Notes: generated by a model not told the origin, from the sequence alone. A DNA stretch of 62,922 nucleotides, filler included, from Octopus bimaculoides (GCF_001194135.2; 6 parts of 6 records of this genome joined end to end with filler, not necessarily neighbours in it), one strand, 5' to 3'. Counted from the first letter of the whole stretch, positions 27,223-40,182 are shown. Made by a program: numbers and translations.

Positions 27223-27660
27223 AAAACAAGTAATGTTAAATCTCTGAACGAGGTATTAACAGTAACTGCACGACAAGGTGAAGTATATTTGCCACTTAAA
27301 TGTGGCTGACCCCTAAGGGTGGATGTTACTGTTGCTTTTAGTCCCAGGAGAACATCTCCTCCAGCTGGCTATTGAGTTACTGTTAATACCTCGTTCAGAG
27401 ATTTAACATTGCTTGTTTTCACTTTTTCGAGATCAGTGAATAATTTCACTGGAAAAAGTTATATATATTTGCAAAGGAATGTCTTTCGCATCGAAGGTCG
27501 TCGATTGTCGTACGCTGAGGACCGGTAAATACCCAGAAACTCGAGTTCGTGCGTATCGCAGATCGAGATGGGAAGGATGACTTCCCTTTGCAAATACAGA
27601 CAGGACACAGATGTGTGTCAATAGCCAGCTGGAGGAGATGTTCTCCTGGGGCTAAAAGCA
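27223..27660. mobile_element. Rearranged hammerhead-bearing retroelement insertion (Penelope-like) with two interleaved inverted repeats
   Basis: 27223-27266 is the reverse complement of 27376-27419 (44 bp, 1 mismatch); 27333-27375 is the reverse complement of 27618-27660 (43 bp, 1 mismatch); candidate TSD ttggcaaaaca (27218-27228) / ttagtaaaaca (27661-27671). Confidence 0.65.
27509..27553 (+). ncRNA. Type I minimal hammerhead-like motif
   Basis: cgtacg-CTGAGGA-ccggtaaataccca-GAAA-ctcgag-t-t-cgtgcg: 6-bp stem I (one G-U), intact core, stem II ggt/acc, palindromic actcgagt stem III, GUU triplet. Confidence 0.6.
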
Positions 27661-28186
27661 TTAGTAAAACAGCTTTGTCATTATTAAGCTGGCATTTGGA
27701 ACATAAGTTATCATGAAATTTTGAATGGGAGGTTTAAATTTAGCTTACTTTAACACTTTGGTTTGCATATTTCTGTTGAAATACACTGCTTTTGGTTCAA
27801 ATGATTTTGAAAATAGTGAAAAATTTGTTAAAATAATTATTAAGTTGAAGTTTGGAACATAAGTTATTGAATTTTGATGGGGAGTTTTGNNNNNNNNNNN
27901 NNNNNNNNNNNNNNNNNNNNNNNNNNNNNNNNNNNNNNNNNNNNNNNNNNNNNNNNNNNNNNNNNNNNNNNNNNNNNNNNNNNNNNNNNNNNNNNNNNNN
28001 NNNNNNNNNNNNNNNNNNNNNNNNNNNNNNNNNNNNNNNNNNNNNNNNNNNNNNNNNNNNNNNNNNNNNNNNNNNNNNNNNNNNNNNNNNNNNNNNNNNN
28101 NNNNNNNNNNNNNNNNNNNNNNNNNNNNNNNNNNNNNNNNNNNNNNNNNNNNNNNNNNNNNNNNNNNNNNNNNNNNNNNNNNNNNN

Positions 28187-28492
28187 TTTATTGAGTGAAA
28201 ACACCTAAACTTCCACGAGGCTCCGGCAGGGGATGGTGGCGAACCCTGCTGTACTCTTTCACCACAACTTTCTCTCACTCTTACTTCCTGTTTCTGTTGT
28301 GCCTGTAATTCAAAGGGTCAGCCTTGTCACACTCTGTGTCACGCTGAATATCCCCCAAGAACTACGTTAAGGGTACACGTGTCTGTGGAGTGCTCAGCCA
28401 CTTGCACGTTGATTTCACAAGCAGTCTGTTCCGTTGATCGGATCGACTGGAACCCTCGTCGTCGTAAGCGATGGAGTGCCGCCAACAACAAC
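28187..28492 (+). mobile_element. SINE family B (head lost in gap)
   Basis: aaaacacctaaac...gggtacacgtgtctgtggagtgctcagccacttgcacgtt...ggaaccctcgtcgtcgtaagcg, matching 37629-37965. Confidence 0.85.
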
Positions 28493-28740
28493 TGCCTGGA
28501 TCTGTTTCAGCATGGCATGTACTTAGCTAGGGGCTGGGTGCTTTTTATTCATCTAGCAGCACTAGAAAGACATGGAAGAACTAATCTATACTCTTTATTC
28601 TGTATCAGCTTTTACTCATTTTCTTTGATGGCTTACCTCTAGGTTTCAGGAGTAGCCATTTTCTTAGACAGGTCGCCTTAGTAGACCAAGAATTTATTTT
28701 ATTTCTTCTGACAGCGTTATCTAAATAATGTGGTATTTAA

Positions 28741-28948
28741 CCCATTAGCATTCAAATTAATTTGTTCAATCAAATGCCTAATTATTCAGATTGTTTTGAA
28801 TTAATCATGTATTATCTTGTAGCTATGAAATTTTTATGACGTGGTAGCTTATTTTAATAACATTGTCAGGACGGTGTGAGAGGCTGAATCTGGCCACTTT
28901 GAACATAACATATTTGGGCCAGATATGGCCTGTTTAATTGCTAAATGG
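28741..28948. mobile_element. piggyBac-like MITE
   Basis: TTAA at 28737-28740 and 28949-28952; imperfect TIR cccattagc / gctaaatgg. Confidence 0.6.
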
Positions 28949-29548
28949 TTAAATGTGAGGAGTTTGCATGAGTGAGTTAATCTCTTCCCTTCTTATAGTT
29001 GCAAAAGAATTACTCCCTTTTTTTTTTTTTTTGTTCCCCTATAAATTGTTATTGTTGATTACAAATGTTTGTGTTATTGTGAAAACATATTTTATACTGT
29101 CCCCCCCCCTCATTTCCAAGATAAGTTTTCTGGCAAATATTAAAATATTTATATAATTGTTTTTTAAAAAAAATTTTTAAAGTTTTCATTATTAATATTA
29201 CACAGGAAAGTGGATTGGCAGATTCATTAGAATGGTGGATAAATACTTTGGGGGTAGTGTTTATGTTCCCGGTTCAAACCATGCCAAAGTCGCTTTTGGC
29301 TTACATCCTCCTGGGACCAATAAAATATAGTACCAATCAAGTTCTGAGAGATTTGACTAACCCCTCAACCCTTCAAAATAGCGGCCTAGTTGCTATGTAA
29401 GAAATTAAGGATATTTAAAGAAAGTGTGTGGCTTAGTGGTTTGGGTGGTGCATGCAGGATTGCAAGATCGCAGTTTCAATTCCTGAACGGAGTGGTGAAT
29501 TATGTTCTTGAGTGAACACTTCATTTCACATTGGTCTGGTCCTTCTAA

Positions 29549-31020
29549 TAAAGCAGCAAGCTTTCAGAATCGTTAGCACCCCAGACAAAACGCTTACCAT
29601 TTCTTCTGACATGTTCTAAGTTCACCCTGTCAGAGTTGATAAAATAAATACCAGTTGAGCACTGGGGTTGATGAGAGCCACAAGCCTCTTTGCCTAAATT
29701 TCAAGCCATGTACCTAGAAAAGAAAGGATTATTATTATTAAGGCAGTGACCTGGCAGAATCTTTAGCAGACTGAGCAAAATGCTTAGCATTTCGTTAGTC
29801 TTCATGTCCCAAGTTCAAATTCCATTGAGGTTGACTTTGCTTTTCATCCTTTTGGGGGTCGATAATTTAAGTACCAGTCAAGTACTGGGGGTCGATGTGA
29901 TTGACTCCATCCCCCACCAGATTTCAGGCCTTGTGACTATAGTAGAAAGGGTTATTATTATTATTATTAAGGTGGTAGGCTGGCAGAATCATTGGAAGAC
30001 CAGGCAAAATGCTTACTTAGCATTTCATTCATCTTAATGTTCCGAGTTCAAATTCCACTGAAGTTGACTTTGTCTTTCATCCTTTCAAGGTCGATAAATT
30101 AAGTTTGAGTGAAACACTGGGATCGATGTAATTGACTAGTCCCCACCCACCAAATTTCAGACTTTGTGCCTTTAATAGAAAGGATTATTATTATTATTAT
30201 TATTATGAAAGTGGCAAGCTAGCAGAATTGTTAGCATGCTTCATGGCATTTATTTTTGGCTCTGTTTTGAGTTCAAATTCTTCCAGTGTTGATTTTTTTT
30301 TTGCCTTTCATCCTTCCAGGGTCGATAAAACAAGTACTTTAAAGTACTGGTGGGTCTTAGAAACTAGTCCCCCTTCCCCAAAATTTCAGGTCTTGTGTGG
30401 TAAGTAGCTTGCTTACCAACCACATGGTTCCTGGTTCAGTCCCACTGCATGGCACCTTGGGTGAGTGTCTACTACTCTCGCCTCGGGCCAACCAAAGCCT
30501 TGTTAGTGAATTTGGTAGACAGAAACTGAAAGAAGCCTGTTGTGTATATATATATATCTATATATGTATATTTATATTTATATACGTGTGTGTTTGTGTC
30601 TCTGTTTGCACCCCCCTCTACTATCGCTTGACAACCAATGTTAGTGTGTTTATGTTCCCGTAACTTAACGGTTCTGCAAAAGAGACCAATAGAATAAGCA
30701 CTAGTTTTTGCAAAATGTCCCGGGGTCGATTTGTTCAACTAAAGGCGGTGCACCAGCATGGCCGCAGTCAAATGACTGAAACAAAACAACAGAGTAGAAA
30801 GGATTATTATAATTAAGGTGATGAGCTAATAGAATCATTAGCACTCCAGACAAAATGCTTTGAGGCATGTCTTATGGTTTTGGGTTCAAATTCTTCCAAG
30901 GCCGACTTTGTCTTTTATCCTTTTGGGGCCAATAGAATAATAGTTAAGCACTGGGGTTGATGAAATTAAGTACTCTTCTTCCCTAAATTTGAGGCCTTGT
31001 GCCTGTAGCAAAGAATTATT
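29549..31020 (+). mobile_element. Head-to-tail array of five SINE family D copies, the fourth split by a family A SINE
   Basis: Heads at about 29549, 29740, 29969, 30207 and 30815; the last four directly follow an agaaagg(att)n tail. Confidence 0.8.
30395..30790 (+). mobile_element. SINE family A, near full length
   Basis: gtgtggtaagtagcttgc...ccttgggtgagtgtc...ggccgcagtcaaatgactgaaac. Confidence 0.9.
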
Positions 31021-31828
31021 AAAAGGGTTCTGGATCAACAGAATTGGTTGAGAATCTAGTGAATGCCTTACAGAATTTTGTCCTTTTATATTTTGGGTTT
31101 ACACCCAGATGATACGTAGGCGAAAAAAGAAAAGAAATACCCTGGACATTACTGGGTTGTGTTTTAGGGACTTGTAGGGTCAATTACTCAGTATCTGTGA
31201 CATAAATAACTAGATCATTAAATTTTCCCCTGAATGGGACTTCTTTACTGCTGAGTGGACAGGTGCAATGTTAAATGGGATTTTCTCAAGAACGCAACAC
31301 ACTGGGAATTGAAACCATAATCTTGTGATTGGGGTGCAACGATATAACCACTAGGCCATGTGCCTCCACTGATTCTTAAGGCATTGATCTAGTTATTTTC
31401 TCCCCTTAAAATGTTTGGCCTTTGCTGGTATTATTTTAAAACAAACGAGAACCAGATAACGTAACTGGTATGTGCTAGCGAGAGAGAGCTTCTATGGTTG
31501 CTCTGCCTGCTGGAAACAGGAGCTAGATCTTTAAAATGTGCCTCACTGTCTTAGAAAAAAAGGATGAGCAAATTGTACAATGTCTTTGGTCAGTATATCT
31601 CAATTTTCTATTTTTCGTTTCATGCTGCGCCAGAAATTTAGAAGAAATTAACATTGCACTTAGCATGGAATGTTTAATCGAAACAACATACTCATCCTTT
31701 TGTTACTATATTTCTCTTGAAATGCACCGCCTTTGTTCAAATTAATTTTTAAAATAATTTAGTAAAATAACTTTAACGTGGACCTTTGAGAGCAGATTTT
31801 AATTCAGTTCATTTTAAACCTTTCGGTA

Positions 31829-31955
31829 TGGAGGCGCAATGGCCCAGTGGTTAGGGCAGTGGACTCGCGGTCATAGGATCGCGGTTTCGATTGCCAGACC
31901 GGGTGTTGTGAGTGTTTATTGAGCGAAAACACCTAAAGCTCCGCGGAGTGCCAAC
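31829..31955 (+). mobile_element. Very short family B SINE: head fused directly to the terminal tail
   Basis: tggaggcgcaatggcccagtggttagggc...ctaaagctccg joined to cggagtgccaac(ac)n. Confidence 0.75.
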
Positions 31956-33189
31956 ACACACACACACANNNNNNNNNNNNNNNNNNNNNNNNNNNNNNNN
32001 NNNNNNNNNNNNNNNNNNNNNNNNNNNNNNNNNNNNNNNNNNNNNNNNNNNNNNNNNNNNNNNNNNNNNNNNNNNNNNNNNNNNNNNNNNNNNNNNNNNN
32101 NNNNNNNNNNNNNNNNNNNNNNNNNNNNNNNNNNNNNNNNNNNNNNNNNNNNNNNNNNNNNNNNNNNNNNNNNNNNNNNNNNNNNNNNNNNNNNNNNNNN
32201 NNNNNNNNNNNNNNNNNNNNNNNNNNNNNNNNNNNNNNNNNNNNNNNNNNNNNNNNNNNNNNNNNNNNNNNNNNNNNNNNNNNNNNNNNNNNNNNNNNNN
32301 NNNNNNNNNNNNNNNNNNNNNNNNNNNNNNNNNNNNNNNNNNNNNNNNNNNNNNNNNNNNNNNNNNNNNNNNNNNNNNNNNNNNNNNNNNNNNNNNNNNN
32401 NNNNNNNNNNNNNNNNNNNNNNNNNNNNNNNNNNNNNNNNNNNNNNNNNNNNNNNNNNNNNNNNNNNNNNNNNNNNNNNNNNNNNNNNNNNNNNNNNNNN
32501 NNNNNNNNNNNNNNNNNNNNNNNNNNNNNNNNNNNNNNNNNNNNNNNNNNNNNNNNNNNNNNNNNNNNNNNNNNNNNNNNNNNNNNNNNNNNNNNNNNNN
32601 NNNNNNNNNNNNNNNNNNNNNNNNNNNNNNNNNNNNNNNNNNNNNNNNNNNNNNNNNNNNNNNNNNNNNNNNNNNNNNNNNNNNNNNNNNNNNNNNNNNN
32701 NNNNNNNNNNNNNNNNNNNNNNNNNNNNNNNNNNNNNNNNNNNNNNNNNNNNNNNNNNNNNNNNNNNNNNNNNAAAAAAAAAAAAAAAAATCCAAAAAAT
32801 ATCAACATCAAAACACAATTTGAAAAAAAAAATCTTTAAATATTTTGTATATTTTTATCTCATATTTTTTTGTTGTTGGTTGTATAATGAAAGTTTTCAT
32901 TATATTAAATAAAATGTTGCATTTTTACTTGAGTCTATTGTTTCAAGATGTATCTCCTGATTAAATTAAATTAACCATAAAGCTTTTGTAATATCATACA
33001 TATACACACATATATCCTTGTTCATCTCCCGTCGGGGGTCAGCTTTACCTTCCTTTCTTCCAAGGGAGAACTGGTGTATAAATACAAACCCCTGTTGAGT
33101 GCTAGGTCTGATTTAATCAACTAGACCCTTCTCCAATTTCATCTGAAACTAAGTGGCTTTGTTGTACCAATGTTAGAATTCAGTATTAT

Positions 33190-33476
33190 AAATTCCATTG
33201 GGGTTGACTTTGCTTTTCATCCTTTTGGGGTCGATAAATAAAGTACCGGTCAAGTACTGGGGTCGATGTGATTGACTCCATCCCCCACCAAATTTCAGGC
33301 CTTGTGGCTATAGTAGAAAGGGTTATTATTATTAAGGCGGTAAGCTGGCAGAATCAGTGGTAGACCAGGCAAAATGCTTACTTAGCATTCCATTCATCTT
33401 AATGTTCCGAGTTCAAATTCCACCGAGGTGGACTTTGCCTTTCATCCTTTCAAGGTCGATAAATTAAGTATGAGTG
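33190..33476 (+). repeat. Close copy of 29817-30111 (junction of two family D SINEs)
   Basis: Shares diagnostic variants gattgactccatcccccacca, gcttacttagcatt and tcaaggtcgataaattaagt.tgagtg. Confidence 0.8.
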
Positions 33477-33941
33477 TTAAAAGCCTGTCGAGGTCAACTT
33501 AGCCTTTCATTCCTCCAGCATGAAGAAGCAGTTGATAAAAAGAATTTTCTGTTTGTGCTGGGGACAATTTTAGTTCNNNNNNNNNNNNNNNNNNNNNNNN
33601 NNNNNNNNNNNNNNNNNNNNTTAATTAATTAANNNNNNNNNNNNNNNNNNNNNNNNNNNNNNNNNNNNNNNNNNNNATCGAGAATGATCTGGAGTCAAAC
33701 AACAAAATTTGAATAATTAATACTAATTGATAAAGCAACGACGAACATCATCATCCTCCTCCTCCTCCTCATCATCATCATCATCAACCACAACAACAAG
33801 AGCGGAAGCAACATGAACAAAAAACAAACCCAAACAACAAGAACAAAGCTGTTAGAAGAACCGAAAAACCCAATTTCGAAAGCAGTAGTGATGGTGGCGG
33901 TAAAGGTGGTGGGCAGTGGATGCAGTTATATCAGCAGCAGC

Positions 33942-34116
<175 letters not shown>

Positions 34117-35114
34117 ACTGCTGTCATTATCGTCGTCATGGTCGTTGTTGTAGTCAAGTTCGTCATCGTCGTCTTTGTCTTTTTTTTTTTTNNNNNNNNN
34201 NNNNNNNNNNNNNNNNNNNNNNNNNNNNNNNNNNNNNNNNNNNNNNNNNNNNNNNNNNNNNNNNNNNNNNNNNNNNNNNNNNNNNNNNNNNNNNNNNNNN
34301 NNNNNNNNNNNNNNNNNNNNNNNNNNNNNNNNNNNNNNNNNNNNNNNNNNNNNNNNNNNNNNNNNNNNNNNNNNNNNNNNNNNNNNNNNNNNNNNNNNNN
34401 NNNNNNNNNNNNNNNNNNNNNNNNNNNNNNNNNNNNNNNNNNNNNNNNNNNNNNNNNNNNNNNNNNNNNNNNNNNNNNNNNNNNNNNNNNNNNNNNNNNN
34501 NNNNNNNNNNNNNNNNNNNNNNNNNNNNNNNNNNNNNNNNNNNNNNNNNNNNNNNNNNNNNNNNNNNNNNNNNNNNNNNNNNNNNNNNNNNNNNNNNNNN
34601 NNNNNNNNNNNNNNNNNNNNNNNNNNNNNNNNNNNNNNNNNNNNNNNNNNNNNNNNNNNNNNNNNNNNNNNNNNNNNNNNNNNNNNNNNNNNNNNNNNNN
34701 NNNNNNNNNNNNNNNNNNNNNNNNNNNNNNNNNNNNNNNNNNNNNNNNNNNNNNNNNNNNNNNNNNNNNNNNNNNNNNNNNNNNNNNNNNNNNNNNNNNN
34801 NNNNNNNNNNNNNNNNNNNNNNNNNNNNNNNNNNNNNNNNNNNNNNNNNNNNNNNNNNNNNNNNNNNNNNNNNNNNNNNNNNNNNNNNNNNNNNNNNNNN
34901 NNNNNNNNNNNNNNNNNNNNNNNNNNNNNNNNNNNNNNNNNNNNNNNNNNNNNNNNNNNNNNNNNNNNNNNNNNNNNNNNNNNNNNNNNNNNNNNNNNNN
35001 NNNNNNNNNNNNNNNNNNNNNNNNNNNNNNNNNNNNNNNNNNNNNNNNNNNNNNNNNNNNNNNNNNNNNNNNNNNNNNNNNNNNNNNNNNATATATATAT
35101 ATATATATATAAAA

Positions 35115-35281
35115 GCGCCCACTACACTCCCGGAGTAGTTGGCGTTAGGAAGGGCATCCAGCTGTAGAAACTGCCAAATCCGATTGGAGCCTGGTGTAGC
35201 CATCTGGTTTCACCAGTCCTCAGTCAAATCGTCCAACCCATGCTAGCATGGAAAGCGGACGTTAAAAGATGATGATGATGA
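35115..35281 (+). mobile_element. Retroposon family E 3' end with (GAT)n tail
   Basis: gttggcgttaggaagggcatccagctgtag...catggaaagcggacgttaaaagatgatgatg. Confidence 0.8.
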
Positions 35282-36062
35282 TGGCATTCATGGCATTGAA
35301 AGATGTGCACAGATATTTAGGCAGGAAAGTTGGTGGAAGTTCATTTTTCATGGGTCCGCAAATGAGATTTGAGTCTAGTAAATGAAAGGCACGGTCTGTC
35401 ACAAACTGTGCACACAACGACTACTGGAAACAGCTGTGAGTCGAATTTGCTACAATAAAGAAATATTTAATAACCATTAATTATGCCTCGGTTCCCGGTT
35501 CAGTTCCACTGCGTGGCACATTGGGTAAGAGTCATCTAATATAGTCTCGGGCCGATCAAAGTGATGTGAGTGGATTCGATAGGCAAAAACCGAAAGAAGA
35601 GTTTTGATAAGGTGAAGCATAAACCCGGTGGCTATAAAATGCATAGAACTCACCAAAGTACCATTGTTTCACTTTTTGCTTAATATTGCGTTCATTTTTC
35701 ACCACTATCTGTCCTCTTCTCTGTATTCATGGATGGGTGTGTGCTTGTGAATACATACACCCACCCAAACACACACACACGTGCTATGCATTTATTCATT
35801 TACGTATTGTGTGTATTGTGTGCGTGTGTGTGCGTGCGTGTGTGTGTGTGTGTGTAGGTTCGTGTTGTGTCCATTTGTGCAATGTAAACGGGTTGATACG
35901 ATCGGCTTAGCCATTCAAAGTGGTGCCCCAGCATGGACGCAATCTAGTGACTCAAAACATCAAAAGAATTAAACAAGGAAACAACACGCGCACACACTCA
36001 CATACACACACATATGTATACATACATACATGCATACATAATACATATATACAAACAATACA

Positions 36063-36120
<58 letters not shown>

Positions 36121-36925
36121 NNNNNNNNNNNNNNNNNNNNNNNNNNNNNNNNNNNNNNNNNNNNNNNNNNNNNNNNNNNNNNNNNNNNNNNNNNNNNNNN
36201 NNNNNNNNNNNNNNNNNNNNNNNNNNNNNNNNNNNNNNNNNNNNNNNNNNNNNNNNNNNNNNNNNNNNNNNNNNNNNNNNNNNNNNNNNNNNNNNNNNNN
36301 NNNNNNNNNNNNNNNNNNNNNNNNNNNNNNNNNNNNNNNNNNNNNNNNNNNNNNNNNNNNNNNNNNNNNNNNNNNNNNNNNNNNNNNNNNNNNNNNNNNN
36401 NNNNNNNNNNNNNNNNNNNNNNNNNNNNNNNNNNNNNNNNNNNNNNNNNNNNNNNNNNNNNNNNNNNNNNNNNNNNNNNNNNNNNNNNNNNNNNNNNNNN
36501 NNNNNNNNNNNNNNNNNNNNNNNNNNNNNNNNNNNNNNNNNNNNNNNNNNNNNNNNNNNNNNNNNNNNNNNNNNNNNNNNNNNNNNNNNNNNNNNNNNNN
36601 NNNNNNNNNNNNNNNNNNNNNNNNNNNNNNNNNNNNNNNNNNNNNNNNNNNNNNNNNNNNNNNNNNNNNNNNNNNNNNNNNNNNNNNNNNNNNNNNNNNN
36701 NNNNNNNNNNNNNNNNNNNNNNNNNNNNNNNNNNNNNNNNNNNNNNNNNNNNNNNNNNNNNNNNNNNNNNNNNNNNNNNNNNNNNNNNNNNNNNNNNNNN
36801 NNNNNNNNNNNNNNNNNNNNNNNNNNNNNNNNNNNNNNNNNNNNNNNNNNNNNNNNNNNNNNNNNNNNNNNNNNNNNNNNNNNNNNNCAGGAATACTGTC
36901 TGTTTCACACATGTATACACATTAC

Positions 36926-36956
<31 letters not shown>

Positions 36957-37628
36957 TACACATACCTATTCACACACAGCGTTTAGATTTAGTTTTAAAA
37001 AAATCATCTCACCACACAGAAACTAACGTATTATCACATTTCTGTATACATGGTCATATACATGTATGTGTATGTATGTATGTATGTATAGGCACACATA
37101 CTCACGTAGACACACGTACTCACACTTACACACACACGCACACGTTTCTTTCTTTTCCTCGTAATTAATTCTACCCCGTTACCAATATCTAGTATTTCAT
37201 ATCTCTAACTTCAATCCGCCTCTCCTGTTTCAAAATCTCCATTTCCTTCTGTTTCTCCATTCATTCTTCCTTAGTATTTCTCCATTCATCTCCATTTTCA
37301 GCCATCTTCCTTTCCCCCTCTCCCTCCTCTTCCTTCTGGTCAGCTTCTCTCTTTGAATTTCATTCCATCATTTTTTTCTTTCTCTGTCTCTCTCTCCATC
37401 ACATTTCTCCATTCTCATACCTATGTCGCCTTTTTCCCCGTCGTCATTGAGATATTTTCAAACTTAATTGATGCACAAATATTTTCACACATACACACAT
37501 CTAAACATGCATACACATATGTATACGTACATAACGGCACGATCAAAATATGTAAAACTTTCCATAAGTTTAGCATATAAGTACCTATCCACATGTCAAG
37601 ACATGCAACTCTATTTATGTTTAAACAG

Positions 37629-37965
37629 TGGAGGCACAATGGCCCAGTGGTTAGAGCAGCGGCCTCGCGGTTGTGGGATCGCGGTTTCGATTCCCAGACC
37701 GGATGTTATTAGTGTTTATTGAGCGAAAACATCTAAAGCTCTACTCCTTCACCACAACTTTCACTCTTTCTTCCTGTTTCTGTTATACCCGTATCACAAA
37801 AGGTCAGCCTTGTCAAACTCTGTGTCACGCTGGATCAACCCGAGAACTACGTTAAGGGTACACGTGTCTGTGGAGTGCTCAGCCACTTGCACGTTAAATT
37901 CACGAGCAGGCTGTTCCGTTGATCGGATCAACTGGAACCCTCGTCGTCGCAACCGACAGACTGCC
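37629..37965 (+). mobile_element. SINE family B with an internal deletion
   Basis: A box tggcccagtggtt, B box ggtttcgattcc, then the family B body and tail. Confidence 0.85.
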
Positions 37966-38582
37966 ATGATGTGTAAACATACGTGCACCGTCGTAAATTC
38001 TTGTACATTTACGCACAGATGCATGACCAACTAAGTTGTTAGTGTTAAAACTCCAAGGAAAATCTTTAGATTAAGGTTAGAAACAGCCACTCCTGCGCCT
38101 ATTATTTATATTTTTATAAGTATATAATTATAAATTTGTGTTTGTATGTGTGTGTGTGTGTGAGACAGGAAATTTAATTACGAAAAGCAGTTCTAGCAAT
38201 TTAAATACTATCGGGCGCATGTACATTTATTGCGAGTTAGCGTTCGGGGAAAGGCTCCTACACGAAACCGAGTGTTAAAGAACACTGAGTGTCCCAGACG
38301 AGGTGAAAAACTCGCCCCGAAGTGATCGAGGCTGGTAGATACCGGTATTTCGCTATTATTGTGGTTTATCAATATCAAGTACTCGGATCACCTTGAAACA
38401 AACAAAACACATAAAAAAGGAATGTCGGAGAGGGAGTAAGAGGGAATGAAACAACAAAGAGTTAGAGAAGGGTGGAGGGGGAGGAAAAGAGGTGGAATCG
38501 TGATATATTGACATGGCTGGAGGCTAATTGCGTAATGATATCGCCCTAGAATATGTAGGTATATGAAAATTACGTGAAAAAC

Positions 38583-38615
<33 letters not shown>

Positions 38616-39039
38616 TGAGAGAGGGTGGGAGAGAGTGAGACACATACACACACACCATATGTATGTGTAAGCTATGTATACATGAAAGGATAGAGGCATG
38701 TATATATATTGTATGGGTATGTGCGCGTGTATGTATGTATTGTATAAATATATGTAATATGTGTTTGCATGTGCGTGTATTTATGTGTAAGAAGAGTGTA
38801 TATGAATATATGTGTATGTGTGTGTGTGCGTGAGATAGAGAGAGAGAGAGAGAGGGAGGGAGAGAGAGAGGGAGGGAGAGAGAGGGAGGGAGAGAGACAT
38901 CCTGACTAGTCATGTTTTGAATAGCGTGTCAATGTCAACGCATGAAATATATATACTTATGTATATATATACTTATGTTTAAAATAGGGCGCGCTTGTAC
39001 ATACATACGTATACATATATATGTATATATATACACACA

Positions 39040-39107
<68 letters not shown>

Positions 39108-39199
39108 CATATACATATATATACACACGCATGCATGTACATATATATATATACACACACAAACATATATGCACACATATATATATACACACACATACA

Positions 39200-39245
<46 letters not shown>

Positions 39246-39257
39246 NNNNNNNNNNNN

Positions 39258-39300
<43 letters not shown>

Positions 39301-39997
39301 GCAAACACATTCACGCACGCACACACACACACACACTGCACGCATACACACACACACATACATTCGTGCCTTACATATTTTATTATTCATAAAATTAAAC
39401 GCTTTTTATGCCGTATGAGGTTATGTGTGTTTGTCTGACTTTGATTACATAAGTTTGTGTGTTTGTGCGTGCGTTTGTGTTTGTGTTTGTGTGTGTGCGT
39501 GTGTTTGTGTGTGTACGTGTGTGTGTGTGTGTGTTCGTGCCTGTGTACGCAATATGCTTGCGTCTGTGCTTGTGTGTGCATCATGTGTGCACTTAAATAT
39601 CACAGCACTGACTTGTTTTTACATGCCCAGGTCAAAGGTGATACAGCTGTTCAGGAAAGTTATGTTTGAAGTAGAATTTGAACGTTTCAGGTGAGCACAA
39701 CCGCCACCACCACCACCACCACCACCACNNNNNNNNNNNNNNNNNNNNNNNNNNNNNNNNNNNNNNNNNNNNNNNNNNNNNNNNNNNNNNNNNNNNNNNN
39801 NNNNNNNNNNACACCACTCTCATCACCAGCAACATACACACACACAAAAAAAAACTGAAAAGAGCGAAAGTAAAACAAAAGAAAGGAAACTTTATTACAG
39901 TGCATTGTCGGGTGCAAAAGCACGTTCATTTGAAGAATCGAAAGTTAACCATTCTATCATATACACATGCACTCGAATATCAGGAGAGAGAGAGAAT

Positions 39998-40032
<35 letters not shown>

Positions 40033-40151
40033 CGAGACGGATAAAGAGAGAGAGAGTTACACAGCGAGCGATAAATAGACAGACAGAAACACAGAGAAAT
40101 AGACAGACAGACAGAAACACAGAGAAATAGACAGACAGACAGACAGACGGA

Positions 40152-40182
<31 letters not shown>

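Noticed and set aside
31829-31905. tRNA gene candidates at SINE heads (also 37629, 46891, 950-1023)
   Set aside because: A/B boxes are present but there is no complete cloverleaf, and each continues into a repeat body
35195-35230. CTGAGGA...GAAAC on the antisense strand of family E tails
   Set aside because: No room for a paired stem II and no stem I/III; not counted as a hammerhead
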